Of a DNA stretch of 64,000 nt, positions 52,185-62,831 are shown piece by piece. This DNA is from Prochlorococcus sp. AG-418-I21 (GTDB lineage Bacteria; Cyanobacteriota; Cyanobacteriia; PCC-6307; Cyanobiaceae), in the NCBI GenBank assembly GCA_003214115.1, contig QCMA01000001.1, positions 22,905 through 86,904 of the forward strand. The letters are read 5' to 3'. A program made the position numbers and the translations under genes. Each line of letters starts with the position of its first letter. Within the stretch, counting starts at the first letter, position 1. Below the pieces are notes generated by a model, which was not told the origin of the DNA, made no database searches, and was given only the letters and a program-made list of their open reading frames with translations.

Positions 52185-53009
52185 ATGTTCAATCAACTAG
52201 AAATTCTCTCTGATGAACAAAGTGAAAAGCTTTATACAATTAGAAGATACATTAAGAATCTTGATAGTGTTTGTATTGCTTATTCCGGAGGAGTTGACAG
52301 TACATTAGTAGCATCATTAGCATTCGAGCAATTAGGTAGCAAAGCTGTTGCTATAACTGGTATTTCTCCTGCATTAGCCAATAGTCTTCGTGAAGAAGCA
52401 AGAAGACAAGCTAAATGGATTGGAGTAAAGCATTTAGAAATTAAAACATCAGAATTAGACCAATCAAGTTACAGTGAAAATCCTAAGGATAGGTGCTTTG
52501 CATGCAAAAAAGAGCTCCACAAACATACAACCTACCTCTCTAAAAAACTTAATTACAAGATTGTTTTAGATGGAGTCAATCTGGATGATCTTAAAGATTA
52601 CAGACCAGGTATAGAAGCCTCAAAACAAGCAGGAGTTATCTCTCCCCTTGCAAAATTTAAAGTCTCAAAACAAGATATTAGGGATATATCAAGAGCATTG
52701 GGTTTTCCTTGGTGGGATAAACCTGCTCAACCTTGCTTATCATCAAGATTTCCTTATGGCTATGAAATAACTAGTGAAAGGCTAAAAATGGTTGAAAAAG
52801 CAGAAGAATATCTTAAAAAATGTGGATTATCGGAGGTTAGAGTTAGATGCCAAGGTTCAACTGCAAGAATAGAAGTTCCCCAAGATGAATTAAAGCAATT
52901 TTTTAACAAATATAATTTTAGTGAGTTGGTTCAATATTTTTCTAATTTAGGATTTAATTGCACAAGTTTAGATCTTGAAGGACTAGTAAGCGGAAAATTA
53001 AATAGGTAA
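52185..53009 (+). CDS. larE: LarE-family ATP-dependent sulfur transferase
   Basis: AYSGGVDS PP-loop, DRCFACK, DGVNLDD..DYRPG, PCLSSRFP. ATG 52185 preferred over TTG 52164. Confidence 0.88.
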   Translation: MFNQLEILSDEQSEKLYTIRRYIKNLDSVCIAYSGGVDSTLVASLAFEQLGSKAVAITGISPALANSLREEARRQAKWIGVKHLEIKTSELDQSSYSENPKDRCFACKKELHKHTTYLSKKLNYKIVLDGVNLDDLKDYRPGIEASKQAGVISPLAKFKVSKQDIRDISRALGFPWWDKPAQPCLSSRFPYGYEITSERLKMVEKAEEYLKKCGLSEVRVRCQGSTARIEVPQDELKQFFNKYNFSELVQYFSNLGFNCTSLDLEGLVSGKLNR

Positions 53010-53015
53010 ATATTG

Positions 53016-53450
53016 TCAAACAACTGTTCTGATCTGTTTAGAGACTGCAGAAGGTGGATTTCGCTCAATGACACGCAAAGAATGTTCTCTAGCCCTCAAA
53101 GATTCAATTAAATGTTGACTAGCTAGTTCAGGCATCATATTTTGACCGCATGTAAAAATATCGACTGCCGAATAATTAGATTCAGGCCAGGTATGGATTG
53201 AAATATGAGATTCTGCCAGTAATGCAATTGCCGTAACCCCCTGAGGCTCAAATTTATTACTTATCAAATTCAAAACTGTTGCATTTGCCAATTTAGCAGC
53301 TCTATTTAAAAGACAGCGCAAAAAGGATTCGTCATTTAATTTTTCGCGATCGCATCTATAAAGTTCCAATAAAAGGTGTTTACTTTGATGACTTAATTTT
53401 TGCTCATCACTTAAGGAACTTAAAATTTGACTTTTTTTGTAGATTTCCAT
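53016..53450 (-). CDS. speD: S-adenosylmethionine decarboxylase proenzyme
   Basis: FEPQGVT, LAESHISIHTWPE (pyruvoyl cleavage site), DIFTCG. Confidence 0.93.
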   Translation of the reverse strand: MEIYKKSQILSSLSDEQKLSHQSKHLLLELYRCDREKLNDESFLRCLLNRAAKLANATVLNLISNKFEPQGVTAIALLAESHISIHTWPESNYSAVDIFTCGQNMMPELASQHLIESLRAREHSLRVIERNPPSAVSKQIRTVV

Positions 53451-53503
53451 TTAAGAAATTTATATAAAATTAAGATTAGCTAAAAATCATGCCTTTTTTT
53501 AAA

Positions 53504-54595
53504 TTATAAGTGAATCAATTGTGACGAGCCTAAGAAAGACTGATTAAATTTATCTAAATGTGTCGCACTTATAAAACATTGACTATCTTTACCAACAGAA
53601 TTTAATAACAAATTTTGCCTGGTTAGATCTAATTCCGCCAAGACATCATCCAATATAAGTATTGGAGGAACATTTAATGTTTTTGTTAATAAATCGAGTT
53701 CAGCCATCTTTAAAGCCAAGATAAAAGTCCTTTGCTGTCCTGATGAACCATATTTTCTAACTGAAACATTATTGATTAGAAACTCAACATCATCACGATG
53801 AGGGCCAAAATTACATTTACCAGTCAATGCTTCTATTGAACGCTGATTTAAGAGTTGTTCTGCTATTTTTTTACTAATAACTTCCTCTTCTTCTTCTTCT
53901 GGACTTATATTTTGTATCCCCGAAAGATAATTTATTTCTATTTGCTCTTGAGATTTACTTAAATGATTATGCCAATATTCAACATATGGTTTTATTTTTA
54001 ATAAAGCTCTTCTTCTGCGCCTAAAAATTCTTGTACTTATTATTGACATTTGAATATCAAAACTTTCAACAATATCTACGGATTGGGTTTTTAAGAAACT
54101 TTCCGAACGCCAAAAATGACTTCTTTGTTTTAAAAGCCTATTAAATCTACTTATAAGATCTAAATATACTGGTTCAAGCTGTGATACGACTTTATCAATC
54201 CATGTTCTTCGATAACTTGGTTCACTTCTAACAATATCTATATCATTAGAACAGAAACATACACTCCGAATATAATTTTTTATTTCACTCTGTTTTTTCA
54301 AGATTGATTCATTAACATAAATTCTTTTAGGCCCTTTTCGGAATAAATTTAACTTTAAATCGTCTTTAAAATTTATCTGTCCTATAACTACAGCCATATC
54401 ACTGTCGTTCTCTATTAAGTCTTTATCGCTTAGTGCTCTATTAGATTTTAATTGACTTAAAAATTCAACCGATTCAAGTAAATTTGACTTGCCAATACCA
54501 TTGGAGCCAAGAACAATTGCTCTTTGCTCTTTTAGATCAATTTCAAAACTTTTATGGTTCCGAAAATTTTTAATTTTTAATTTATTTAAAAAAAT
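53504..54595 (-). CDS. recF: DNA replication/repair protein RecF (start uncertain; extends 66 codons upstream of the track ORF)
   Basis: In-frame upstream sequence IFLNKLKIKNFRNH...GSNGIGKSNLLES (Walker A); GPHRDD, SSGQQR, LDDVLAELD. Confidence 0.92.
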   Translation of the reverse strand: MFLNKLKIKNFRNHKSFEIDLKEQRAIVLGSNGIGKSNLLESVEFLSQLKSNRALSDKDLIENDSDMAVVIGQINFKDDLKLNLFRKGPKRIYVNESILKKQSEIKNYIRSVCFCSNDIDIVRSEPSYRRTWIDKVVSQLEPVYLDLISRFNRLLKQRSHFWRSESFLKTQSVDIVESFDIQMSIISTRIFRRRRRALLKIKPYVEYWHNHLSKSQEQIEINYLSGIQNISPEEEEEEVISKKIAEQLLNQRSIEALTGKCNFGPHRDDVEFLINNVSVRKYGSSGQQRTFILALKMAELDLLTKTLNVPPILILDDVLAELDLTRQNLLLNSVGKDSQCFISATHLDKFNQSFLGSSQLIHL

Positions 54596-54672
54596 TTTTT
54601 TTATGCATTCATTAATTAAATTAGCTAAGTTTAAAATATTTAGATTTTCTTTAAAGAAATTGAAAAATTAAA

Positions 54673-54746
54673 GGGCATGTAGCTCAGTTGGATAGAGCAT
54701 CAGATTCCGGTTCTGAGAGTCGGGGGTTCGAATCCCTCCATGCTCG
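54673..54746 (+). tRNA. tRNA-Arg(CCG)
   Basis: GGGCATG/CATGCTC acceptor stem, TCAGA-TT-CCG-GT-TCTGA anticodon arm, GGTTCGAATCC. Confidence 0.97.
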
Positions 54747-54757
54747 TAGGGTGATGT

Positions 54758-55204
54758 TTAAAGCTTATATCCCATTACTCTTATTCCATTTGGATCAAGT
54801 ATGAATCCATTTTCCTCTAAACTTAGAAAAGAGGATACTGGAGCCTGAACAGAAATACTGCATCCTGGCATCTCTCTGTTTATTTTTTCAAGAGTTACTT
54901 GAAGCAATATTGAATAATAAAGTTGCTGATTATTCCCTGGCAATGCACTTAAATTCCACAAGTTAGCATTCAATCCCCTGTCGGAAGTAACCCTTACAAA
55001 GCCATATAATTTATTTTTTAATTCAGTCTGTATAGTAAAAAAGAAATTACTTTTCTGAATAGCCTCAGAAAGAGGTTTTATAGGGAATGTCTCACAACCA
55101 CAATTCGCTAATAGTTTGTTAACTTCTTTAGCTGATGGAATTTGGGAAGAGTTAATAATATAACCTTCTGGAAGAACAAGTTTTTTTTTAGAAAAATATT
55201 GCAA
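54758..55204 (-). CDS. GNAT-fold (Ycf52-like) N-acetyltransferase
   Basis: YGFVRVTSD..LNANLWNL; GF..DPNGIR.M. Confidence 0.7.
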   Translation of the reverse strand: MQYFSKKKLVLPEGYIINSSQIPSAKEVNKLLANCGCETFPIKPLSEAIQKSNFFFTIQTELKNKLYGFVRVTSDRGLNANLWNLSALPGNNQQLYYSILLQVTLEKINREMPGCSISVQAPVSSFLSLEENGFILDPNGIRVMGYKL

Positions 55205-55207
55205 TTA

Positions 55208-58177
55208 TCAACCTGTATTTCTCATGCCAGCTGCTATCCCATTAATAGTTAAGAGTGCTCCTCTCAATAGTTCACTTCTACTGTAAGCTCTTCTAGATTC
55301 ATCTTTATCAATAATAAATTCGCTTATTGGGGGTTGTCTTGTCTGGTCTCTTAATCTTCTTAAAAGTGAAACCTGCAAAAAACCCAATGGGATGATTGTC
55401 TTATTTCTCAAGCTTACTGATGATTTCAAGTCCCTATCAGATTCTAGGAGCTTATTTTTACCAGTAATTTCGAGTATTAAAGATTTTGTAAGATTATATT
55501 CTCTAGAAATTACTTCAAAAATTTCATCAAAAGAATCTTTATTTTCCTCACTGCCAAGAGTATCAACATAATATCTAGCAACTTCCAAATCCACCTTAGA
55601 TAATGTCATTTCTACTTTAGATATAAGCATTCTGAAAAATGGCCATCTTTGATGTAAAACTCTTAATAATTCAATTTGTTGTGGATCTGAATTTAATTCA
55701 GATGACAATGCAGTGCCTACTCCAAACCAACTTGGCAAAAGAAATCTACTTTGTGTCCAACCAAAAACCCATGGTATGGCTCTTAAGCTTGACAAATCTT
55801 TTGCACCTTTTTTTCTTCTAGCAGGCCTACTAGAAATCTGTAATTTACTTATTTCTTCTATTGGAGTGACCTCTTGAAAGAAATTTAACAAATCAGGATT
55901 CTCATGCACTAATTTTCTATAGTGAGACCTTGATGTTTCTGCCAACCTGGACATTAATTGATTCCATTCTGGAGTAGCGTCAAGTCTATTATTAACCAAA
56001 CTATTTTGAATTACGGCTGTAGTGACAGTCTCAAGATTGTACAAAGCAAGTTCCGGAAGACTATATTTAGACGCTAAAACTTCTCCTTGTTCTGTTATTT
56101 TTATTCGTCCTTTTAAAGTACCGCTTGGTTGAGCTAATATTGCCTGATAAGCTGGTCCTCCTCCTCTCCCTACAGAACCACCTCTTCCATGAAAAAGTCT
56201 TAGCAATATGTTATTTCTGCTTGAAAGGTTTTGAAGAGCTATTTGGGCTCTATGAATTTCCCAATTACTAGAAACAAACCCCGAATCTTTATTACTATCA
56301 GAGTATCCAAGCATTAATTCTTGCAGAGGTTTAAAAGATTCTCCCACTTTTGGCAATAATGATCTATAGAAATCTAATTTAAACAACTTTTCCATTACTT
56401 CTGGTGCTCTTTTAAGGTCTTCTACAGTTTCAAAAAGAGGAACAACTAATAGTTTTGACTTTTGTGAATTTTGATCAAGAAGTCCCATTTCTTTTGCCAG
56501 TAAGAGAACTTCAAGCAAATCAGATGCACTATGACTCATTGAAATTACATAAGAATGACAAATACGACTTCCAAATTCTTGCTGTAGTCTCTTAACCATT
56601 TTAAAAACTGAAAAGGTTTCTTCTGTAGTTTTTGTCCAGTTAACGTCAGATGGAATTAGGGGCCTTTTTGTATTTAATTCGTCTATAAGCCATTTAATTT
56701 TCTCTTCCTCAGACATTTGGTCATACTGCAAAGATAAATCAAGATAATTTGTAAGCTCTTGTATAGCATCACTATGCCTTGTACTCTCTTGACGAATATC
56801 TAAACTTGCTAGTGAAAATCCAAAAATATGAACCTGAGTAAGTAAGGTATTTACAGACTCGCAGGTTAAATCTGTACTAATCAGGCTATTTTTAATTAAT
56901 TCGAGATCATAAGTAAATTCGTTGACAGACTTGTAATATAAGTTTTCAACTTTATCTAGATTTTTGTTATCAATTTCCCCCTCTAAGTCAAATTTCCACC
57001 CATTATCAGCTAATAAATTATTTCTTTCTTGTGTTAACCTTAATTTTTCTAAAATATAACTTAATTTCAATCTATAAGGCTCTGATCTATACCTTGTAGC
57101 CCTGGCTTCATAAATTTCTGGGAACTTAACCCTGTCCGTTTCGAGAGACTCTAGTAGAGAAGAACTGACTTGACTCCATTGCATCGAGACACTTAATTGA
57201 TCTCTAAGATTGGATGTCGCAATAATATATCTTTCCAACATCAACTGCCTTTGATAGCAAGCAGTTCTCCATGTTATCTCAGGAGTGACCGAAGGATTAC
57301 CATCCCTATCGGAGCCAACCCAAGAACCGAAGTTACAAAAAGATTCGGAGGGCAATTGAACATCTGGATAATTTTCGGTGAGTGCTTCAGTGATCCTACC
57401 CCTCAATTGAGGCATCGCATTAAATAAAACTTGCTGAAAATAATGCAAGGCATAATCTACTTCGTCTAAAACTGATGGTTTAAATTGATGTAATTCATCT
57501 GTTCTCCACCAAAGTCTTACTTCCTCTTTTAATTGGTTTTTTAGAGAATTTTTTTCTTCATTTGTTAAAAATTGCTCAATTTGTATTTTTTTTAACAAAT
57601 TTGCTACTCTTGTTTGCTTGTGTCTAATCGTATGTCTAACTATCTCAGTCGGATGTGCAGTAAAAACTAAACGGATATCCATTTCCTGCAATAACTCTTC
57701 TAATTTCCCTGGTGGTACATTTAATTTCCTCAGCCTATAAAATAATTCTCTAAAAGTTACTGGGGCATTTTGTCTAGCCAATGCCGGCGCAAACGGATCA
57801 AGGTTGTCAGGCGACTTTTGAACATCCTTATTAGTAAAGCTTTGAATATATCTATCTTCCTCAACTCTTTGTTCCAAAATATTCACGAGTTGAAAATATA
57901 ATGAAAACGCCCTTGCTGCTGCAATGGATTCTGCTAAATCCATAGAATTTACAATATCAACTATTTCATTTTTAAAAGTTTTTGAACTATCACCATCAAT
58001 TTGTTTTGAATAACTTAATTCTTTAAGCTGTATCAATCTCTCTGCTTGATCAGCTGGACATTCTTCTCTGAGTACAGATTCCCATAAATCTTCTATTAAA
58101 AGACGATTTTTATCTAGTGGATCATTGTTACTTATCAGATCCACGTTATTATTTTTTATCTGTCGAAAAGATTCCAT
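55208..58177 (-). CDS. ppc: Phosphoenolpyruvate carboxylase
   Basis: [49 protein letters not shown]. Confidence 0.99.
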   Translation of the reverse strand: MESFRQIKNNNVDLISNNDPLDKNRLLIEDLWESVLREECPADQAERLIQLKELSYSKQIDGDSSKTFKNEIVDIVNSMDLAESIAAARAFSLYFQLVNILEQRVEEDRYIQSFTNKDVQKSPDNLDPFAPALARQNAPVTFRELFYRLRKLNVPPGKLEELLQEMDIRLVFTAHPTEIVRHTIRHKQTRVANLLKKIQIEQFLTNEEKNSLKNQLKEEVRLWWRTDELHQFKPSVLDEVDYALHYFQQVLFNAMPQLRGRITEALTENYPDVQLPSESFCNFGSWVGSDRDGNPSVTPEITWRTACYQRQLMLERYIIATSNLRDQLSVSMQWSQVSSSLLESLETDRVKFPEIYEARATRYRSEPYRLKLSYILEKLRLTQERNNLLADNGWKFDLEGEIDNKNLDKVENLYYKSVNEFTYDLELIKNSLISTDLTCESVNTLLTQVHIFGFSLASLDIRQESTRHSDAIQELTNYLDLSLQYDQMSEEEKIKWLIDELNTKRPLIPSDVNWTKTTEETFSVFKMVKRLQQEFGSRICHSYVISMSHSASDLLEVLLLAKEMGLLDQNSQKSKLLVVPLFETVEDLKRAPEVMEKLFKLDFYRSLLPKVGESFKPLQELMLGYSDSNKDSGFVSSNWEIHRAQIALQNLSSRNNILLRLFHGRGGSVGRGGGPAYQAILAQPSGTLKGRIKITEQGEVLASKYSLPELALYNLETVTTAVIQNSLVNNRLDATPEWNQLMSRLAETSRSHYRKLVHENPDLLNFFQEVTPIEEISKLQISSRPARRKKGAKDLSSLRAIPWVFGWTQSRFLLPSWFGVGTALSSELNSDPQQIELLRVLHQRWPFFRMLISKVEMTLSKVDLEVARYYVDTLGSEENKDSFDEIFEVISREYNLTKSLILEITGKNKLLESDRDLKSSVSLRNKTIIPLGFLQVSLLRRLRDQTRQPPISEFIIDKDESRRAYSRSELLRGALLTINGIAAGMRNTG

Positions 58178-58230
58178 ATAATCATTATGTCACAAGTAAA
58201 AATGTTCAGATCAAATATTTATTTAAATAA

Positions 58231-59349
58231 TCAAACATTCTTGCCTTCACTCCTGATCATATCTTCGATAGAAATTTTCATGATTTGCTCAATAGAAAGA
58301 CCTTTTTCATATTGTTTTACCCATTTCATAGATTGATTACCTTCTTCAAGGACTTTGTAGATAGGATGCAAAAGATGTTTCATACCAAAGTTTTCTGCTG
58401 TGGATGACAAATCTGATAATAAGTTTTGAATCCACTCTCTACAAATAATTTTTTTGCCATTTTGCCAGTGAATTAATTCTGAATTCAGACTATCTTTAGC
58501 AGCATTAGTTTCATTTTGATCACATATTTCTGATAATTTCTCAATAGAAAAAAAACTGACATTCAAAGGATCTAAAGTATTTATATTTTCAAAAAGATTT
58601 AAAATCCTTAGTTCTATCATGGCCGTTATGCCTAAAAGCAAGTTAATATCATAAACAAAATCACAAATTCTTAATTCCAAACGATCAAGAATTAAAGGTC
58701 TTTGGGGACCATTTGGCCGGATTGAAGACCAAAAATGTCTAATATTTTGCATATTTTTATTAGCTATATTTTCCTCGATCCAATCGACATAAGAAGTATG
58801 ATTTACAAACAAAGGTACCTTACTTGGTGTTTTAGGGAACTGCATCCATCTCTGAGAGTGATTCTCCGTAATTTTATTATTTAAAAAAGGTGAACTAGCA
58901 CTTAGGGATAAATATAAAGCGGCCTCAGATCTTATTAGTCTAATAGCCGCAAAAAGCTTATCTAAATCATCTATTCCTATGTTTATATGTACACTTGAGG
59001 TTGCAATGGAGGTCCCATAATTATCCTGTATAAATTGATGATAAACATTGTCAATATCCGATCTTTGAAATCGAATATCGTGTTTAAAACATAAAGTGGA
59101 TGAAGGAATGATCGTTAACTCTTTTTTGTTTAACCATTGTCTTAACTTTTTTCTTGGAGTTATTAATTTCTCATATAAAAAATTGTAGTCTTTTTCAGGT
59201 GTTGTTATATATTCAACGTTTCTGTTATCTGGCTCTTTTACAAAATCAGTAAATTTTTTCTCAATTTCAGCCGATACACCAATATGAGAATTATAAGAAC
59301 CTGTGAAAAGCTCCACCTCAAAACCCTTATAAAGATTATTTTGACTCAT
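58231..59349 (-). CDS. gshA: Glutamate--cysteine ligase (cyanobacterial type)
   Basis: KGFEVELFTG, EPDNRNVEY, SVHINIG, SASSPF, RPNG, RLELRICD. Confidence 0.88.
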   Translation of the reverse strand: MSQNNLYKGFEVELFTGSYNSHIGVSAEIEKKFTDFVKEPDNRNVEYITTPEKDYNFLYEKLITPRKKLRQWLNKKELTIIPSSTLCFKHDIRFQRSDIDNVYHQFIQDNYGTSIATSSVHINIGIDDLDKLFAAIRLIRSEAALYLSLSASSPFLNNKITENHSQRWMQFPKTPSKVPLFVNHTSYVDWIEENIANKNMQNIRHFWSSIRPNGPQRPLILDRLELRICDFVYDINLLLGITAMIELRILNLFENINTLDPLNVSFFSIEKLSEICDQNETNAAKDSLNSELIHWQNGKKIICREWIQNLLSDLSSTAENFGMKHLLHPIYKVLEEGNQSMKWVKQYEKGLSIEQIMKISIEDMIRSEGKNV

Positions 59350-60870
59350 TTACTTATCCAAACAGGCTAATGCCTTTAGTATCCCCTTTGCTTTATTTAT
59401 CGTCTCTTGATATTCATTTTCAGGAAAAGAATCAGCAACTATTCCAGCTCCTGCTTGCACTGAAACTTCATATTTCCCATCTATTGTGGGTTCAACTATC
59501 ATAGTTCTTATAGTAATTGCCGTATTTAATGCACCATTAATATCAATAGATCCGTATACACCGGCATAAGGTCCTCTAGCGTCTTTTTCAAAGTGCTTAA
59601 TCAATTGCATAGCTCTTATCTTTGGCGCGCCAGTCACTGTACCAGCGGGAAAAGATGCTTTCAGCAAATCCCATACATCAGCATTGTTTTTTAAGATTCC
59701 CTCAACTTCACTAACTATATGCATAACATGTGAATATTTCTCAATAACCATCAAATCCTTGACTTTCACAGTACCAATTTCACAAACTCTTCCAAGATCA
59801 TTTCTCCCGAGATCAATTAGCATTACATGCTCAGCTATCTCTTTTGGATCTTTTAATAAATCCTTTTCTAATTCCAAGTCTTGTTTATTATCAATACCTC
59901 TGGGTCTTGTGCCAGCTATTGGTCTTAAGCTTGCAACAATCTGATTGTTTTTATTTTTTTCAGCTTTAACCATTACTTCAGGACTCGAACCTATTAGATA
60001 CCATGAGCCAAAATCAAAAAATGACATGTATGGAGATGGATTAACCATCCTCAAACTTCTATATAAATTAAAGGGATCACTATTAACTTGAGTCTGGAAT
60101 CTCTGACTTATAACTATTTGGAAGATATCTCCCTTTCTTATATATTCTTTTGCAGAGAGAACTGCATCCTCAAAATCTTTTTTCTTCCAATTACTTTTTA
60201 GATCTAAATTCAAATTCTCATTTTCATTCCAATCTAAAAACTCATTTTCTTTTAGAGGAACCCGCATTAAATTTCTAGTTTTCTGAATTTTAGAAATTGA
60301 GTTTAGATACAACTCTTCAATCGAAGACTCTTTTGAAGAAGTTGTATCTGCATAAACCACTGTAGTAATACATCTTTTTATTTGATCAAAAACAACTAAC
60401 TGATCAAAAAACATCCAGGAACCATAAGGGATATTGTTTGCTGGTATTTCATTTATTGGAACGCTTGGTTCTATTTTATTTATTAGTTCATAACTCCAAG
60501 AGCCATATAACTGTCCAATTGATGGTAAGTCATCAAGCATGATTGAATTATATTCCTTTGTCCAACTCCTTAAAATATCAAAAGGATCACCTTTATGGAT
60601 TTCAATTTTGCCATCATTCCAAGTTTTAACTATTTCTTCTCCATAACAAACGGCTTCCCAAAGAGGTTGAGTAGCAATAATACTCCACCTACCCAAGCTT
60701 TCCCCACCTTCAACGGATTCAAGAAAAACACCATGGGAATCTCTTGAGGATAATTTTAACCAAGTAGACAATGGGGTCTCTAAATCGGCTGGCCAAGTTT
60801 GAATGATAGGTATAAAATTTTTACCTTCGTTGTAAGCCTTTAAAAAACTATCTTTTTGTGAGCTGATCAT
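59350..60870 (-). CDS. trpE: Anthranilate synthase component I
   Basis: ADLETP, LESVEGG, GDIFQIV.SQR, NPSPYM, PIAGTR, EHVMLIDLGRND, GAGIVADS. Confidence 0.96.
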   Translation of the reverse strand: MISSQKDSFLKAYNEGKNFIPIIQTWPADLETPLSTWLKLSSRDSHGVFLESVEGGESLGRWSIIATQPLWEAVCYGEEIVKTWNDGKIEIHKGDPFDILRSWTKEYNSIMLDDLPSIGQLYGSWSYELINKIEPSVPINEIPANNIPYGSWMFFDQLVVFDQIKRCITTVVYADTTSSKESSIEELYLNSISKIQKTRNLMRVPLKENEFLDWNENENLNLDLKSNWKKKDFEDAVLSAKEYIRKGDIFQIVISQRFQTQVNSDPFNLYRSLRMVNPSPYMSFFDFGSWYLIGSSPEVMVKAEKNKNNQIVASLRPIAGTRPRGIDNKQDLELEKDLLKDPKEIAEHVMLIDLGRNDLGRVCEIGTVKVKDLMVIEKYSHVMHIVSEVEGILKNNADVWDLLKASFPAGTVTGAPKIRAMQLIKHFEKDARGPYAGVYGSIDINGALNTAITIRTMIVEPTIDGKYEVSVQAGAGIVADSFPENEYQETINKAKGILKALACLDK

Positions 60871-60929
60871 ATTAATAATGTCAACCCAAATTATAATTAT
60901 TTTCTTCTTTTATATCAACTTTAAGAAAG

Positions 60930-61352
60930 TTAATCAAAAGTATTCTTAGTTGTAAATTTCAAACCAGCTGGGTTAGGGTTCTCACCTATTCTTCTGGGAT
61001 TATGCCCTACTTTCTCTCTGCCTTCGTTTACTTTTTCAGAGAAAACACCATCTTTTGGGTGTAAAAATTCAATATCACCACCTGGGAAAATTCTGTAGAT
61101 TTTAAAATCTTCAATTCTTGGTTTGAAAGCTCTTAGTTGTGTCCCTAAAGCGAGGCATTGTTCTTTTCTTGCAAAGTACATTAAATTATCACCCTCATGC
61201 ATAATAGCCGCTCCACCGGTGGGTAATTCAAAAGCTTGTTCCTTGGAGCTTTTCCATACAATTGCATATTTTTCTTCGGTTTCTGCTGAGTTTAATAAAC
61301 CCCCAGTACTTCCTATATGCTTTGGAAATTGACCAACTAAAGTTTCAGTCAT
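60930..61352 (-). CDS. psaD: Photosystem I subunit II
   Basis: [38 protein letters not shown]. Confidence 0.98.
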   Translation of the reverse strand: MTETLVGQFPKHIGSTGGLLNSAETEEKYAIVWKSSKEQAFELPTGGAAIMHEGDNLMYFARKEQCLALGTQLRAFKPRIEDFKIYRIFPGGDIEFLHPKDGVFSEKVNEGREKVGHNPRRIGENPNPAGLKFTTKNTFD

Positions 61353-61463
61353 CCTTCATTTTAAGTTATTTCTAATAAGAAATTAGCATTCATATTTTGC
61401 AAAATTAGAGATTTAAAGGAAATTTTCTACATTATTTAATATATGGAAAATTTCTTTCTCATT

Positions 61464-62831
61464 TTATTTTGAATCTGAAATCGGAAAAAATACTGTCAAT
61501 CCTGTATCACGCCTTTGTGTGACATGCCCTCCTAAACTAGCTAACAACTTTTGAGTAGCATTTTGACTAAGTTGTAAACTACCTGTTTGAGGGTTCCAAT
61601 TTAAAACAGGACCAATATCAGAACCGTTATCTTTTTTTGGAATTTCTTTTTGATTACTTTCTAATTTTCGTACTTTTAATTGAAGTTTAAGTTTTTGACC
61701 AGCTGGTCTTAATTCCAAAATCAATGTGCTACCTTCTTTTAATCCTCTAGTATTTTTATCAATTAATCCACTTAACATTAATTCCAATTTTTCAGAATCA
61801 CTCAAAATTTGCGGAAGTTGATTGGGGATATCAATCTTTAAAGAAATCCCACGTCGATTTAACTGTTTATTCCATAAAGGAGATAGCTTTTTAAAAATTT
61901 CAGCTAAATTAATTTTTGCCAGGTTATTTAAAGACGTAACTTCATTACTCACTAATTCTGCTGCATTAAAAATTAAACCAAACCTATCAATCTGTTCATT
62001 ACATTCATTATCTATTTGAATTAAACGATTTTTCATTGATTCGTCCATCTTATATTTTTTTAAAGTAGAACTTATGAGGGTTCTTATTGTTGTCAAAGGG
62101 GTTCTTACTTCATGAGATATAGCACGTAATAATTTTGCTTCAGTTATTTGCACATTTTTTTCATCGTTCATTACAGAATTCTGTATATTACGGTTTGGGT
62201 CAATATTTGCTAATTTTGCCGATAATATTGGCCAAAAAGATTTTTCAAATTGATTATTAATATTTAGGTTATCTAAATTATTGATTGCTTTACGAAATTT
62301 TACTCCTTCCTCATAATTTTCTTGATTTAATTTTGCATGCATTAATTCAATGGCCAGTTTTAGACTTTCTTCATCACACTTCATTAATAGAATTTTCTTA
62401 TCTTTGTCTCCTACAATTGATAATATGCATTGAAAATTCGGGGTGATTATCATCAAAAAAGGTTCATAACCATCTTCTTGACTAAGACTTAAAACTTTAT
62501 AATTACTAACTAAATCGAAATCTTTTTTTATCTTGTCTGCATTATTGACTGGTAAAAAACCTGCATTCTCATTTTGAAAGTACGGAAACCCCTCAGGAGA
62601 CCAAAGCCATCCATGAAGCTGATTTAAAAATTTTTTATCATTAAAAGCTGGCAAAGGTGAGGCAACCCAAATCCCCCCATGTTTATAATTCTGAGATAGA
62701 AAATCTTTTTGAATAACTTCTAAAGAAGCCCACCACATTCTTCGGGATGTATCATCATCAACATATATAGTTTGAACTCCTTTTAGCAAAAGGTCTTGAA
62801 TTTTTTTTATGGTTATTTGTGATTTCATCAA
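61464..62831 (-). CDS. Sensor histidine kinase-like protein (HisKA intact, ATPase domain divergent)
   Basis: AISHEVRTPLTTIR H-box; LPQILSD.EKL; C-terminal LGG...GLTVFFP. Confidence 0.85.
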   Translation of the reverse strand: MMKSQITIKKIQDLLLKGVQTIYVDDDTSRRMWWASLEVIQKDFLSQNYKHGGIWVASPLPAFNDKKFLNQLHGWLWSPEGFPYFQNENAGFLPVNNADKIKKDFDLVSNYKVLSLSQEDGYEPFLMIITPNFQCILSIVGDKDKKILLMKCDEESLKLAIELMHAKLNQENYEEGVKFRKAINNLDNLNINNQFEKSFWPILSAKLANIDPNRNIQNSVMNDEKNVQITEAKLLRAISHEVRTPLTTIRTLISSTLKKYKMDESMKNRLIQIDNECNEQIDRFGLIFNAAELVSNEVTSLNNLAKINLAEIFKKLSPLWNKQLNRRGISLKIDIPNQLPQILSDSEKLELMLSGLIDKNTRGLKEGSTLILELRPAGQKLKLQLKVRKLESNQKEIPKKDNGSDIGPVLNWNPQTGSLQLSQNATQKLLASLGGHVTQRRDTGLTVFFPISDSK

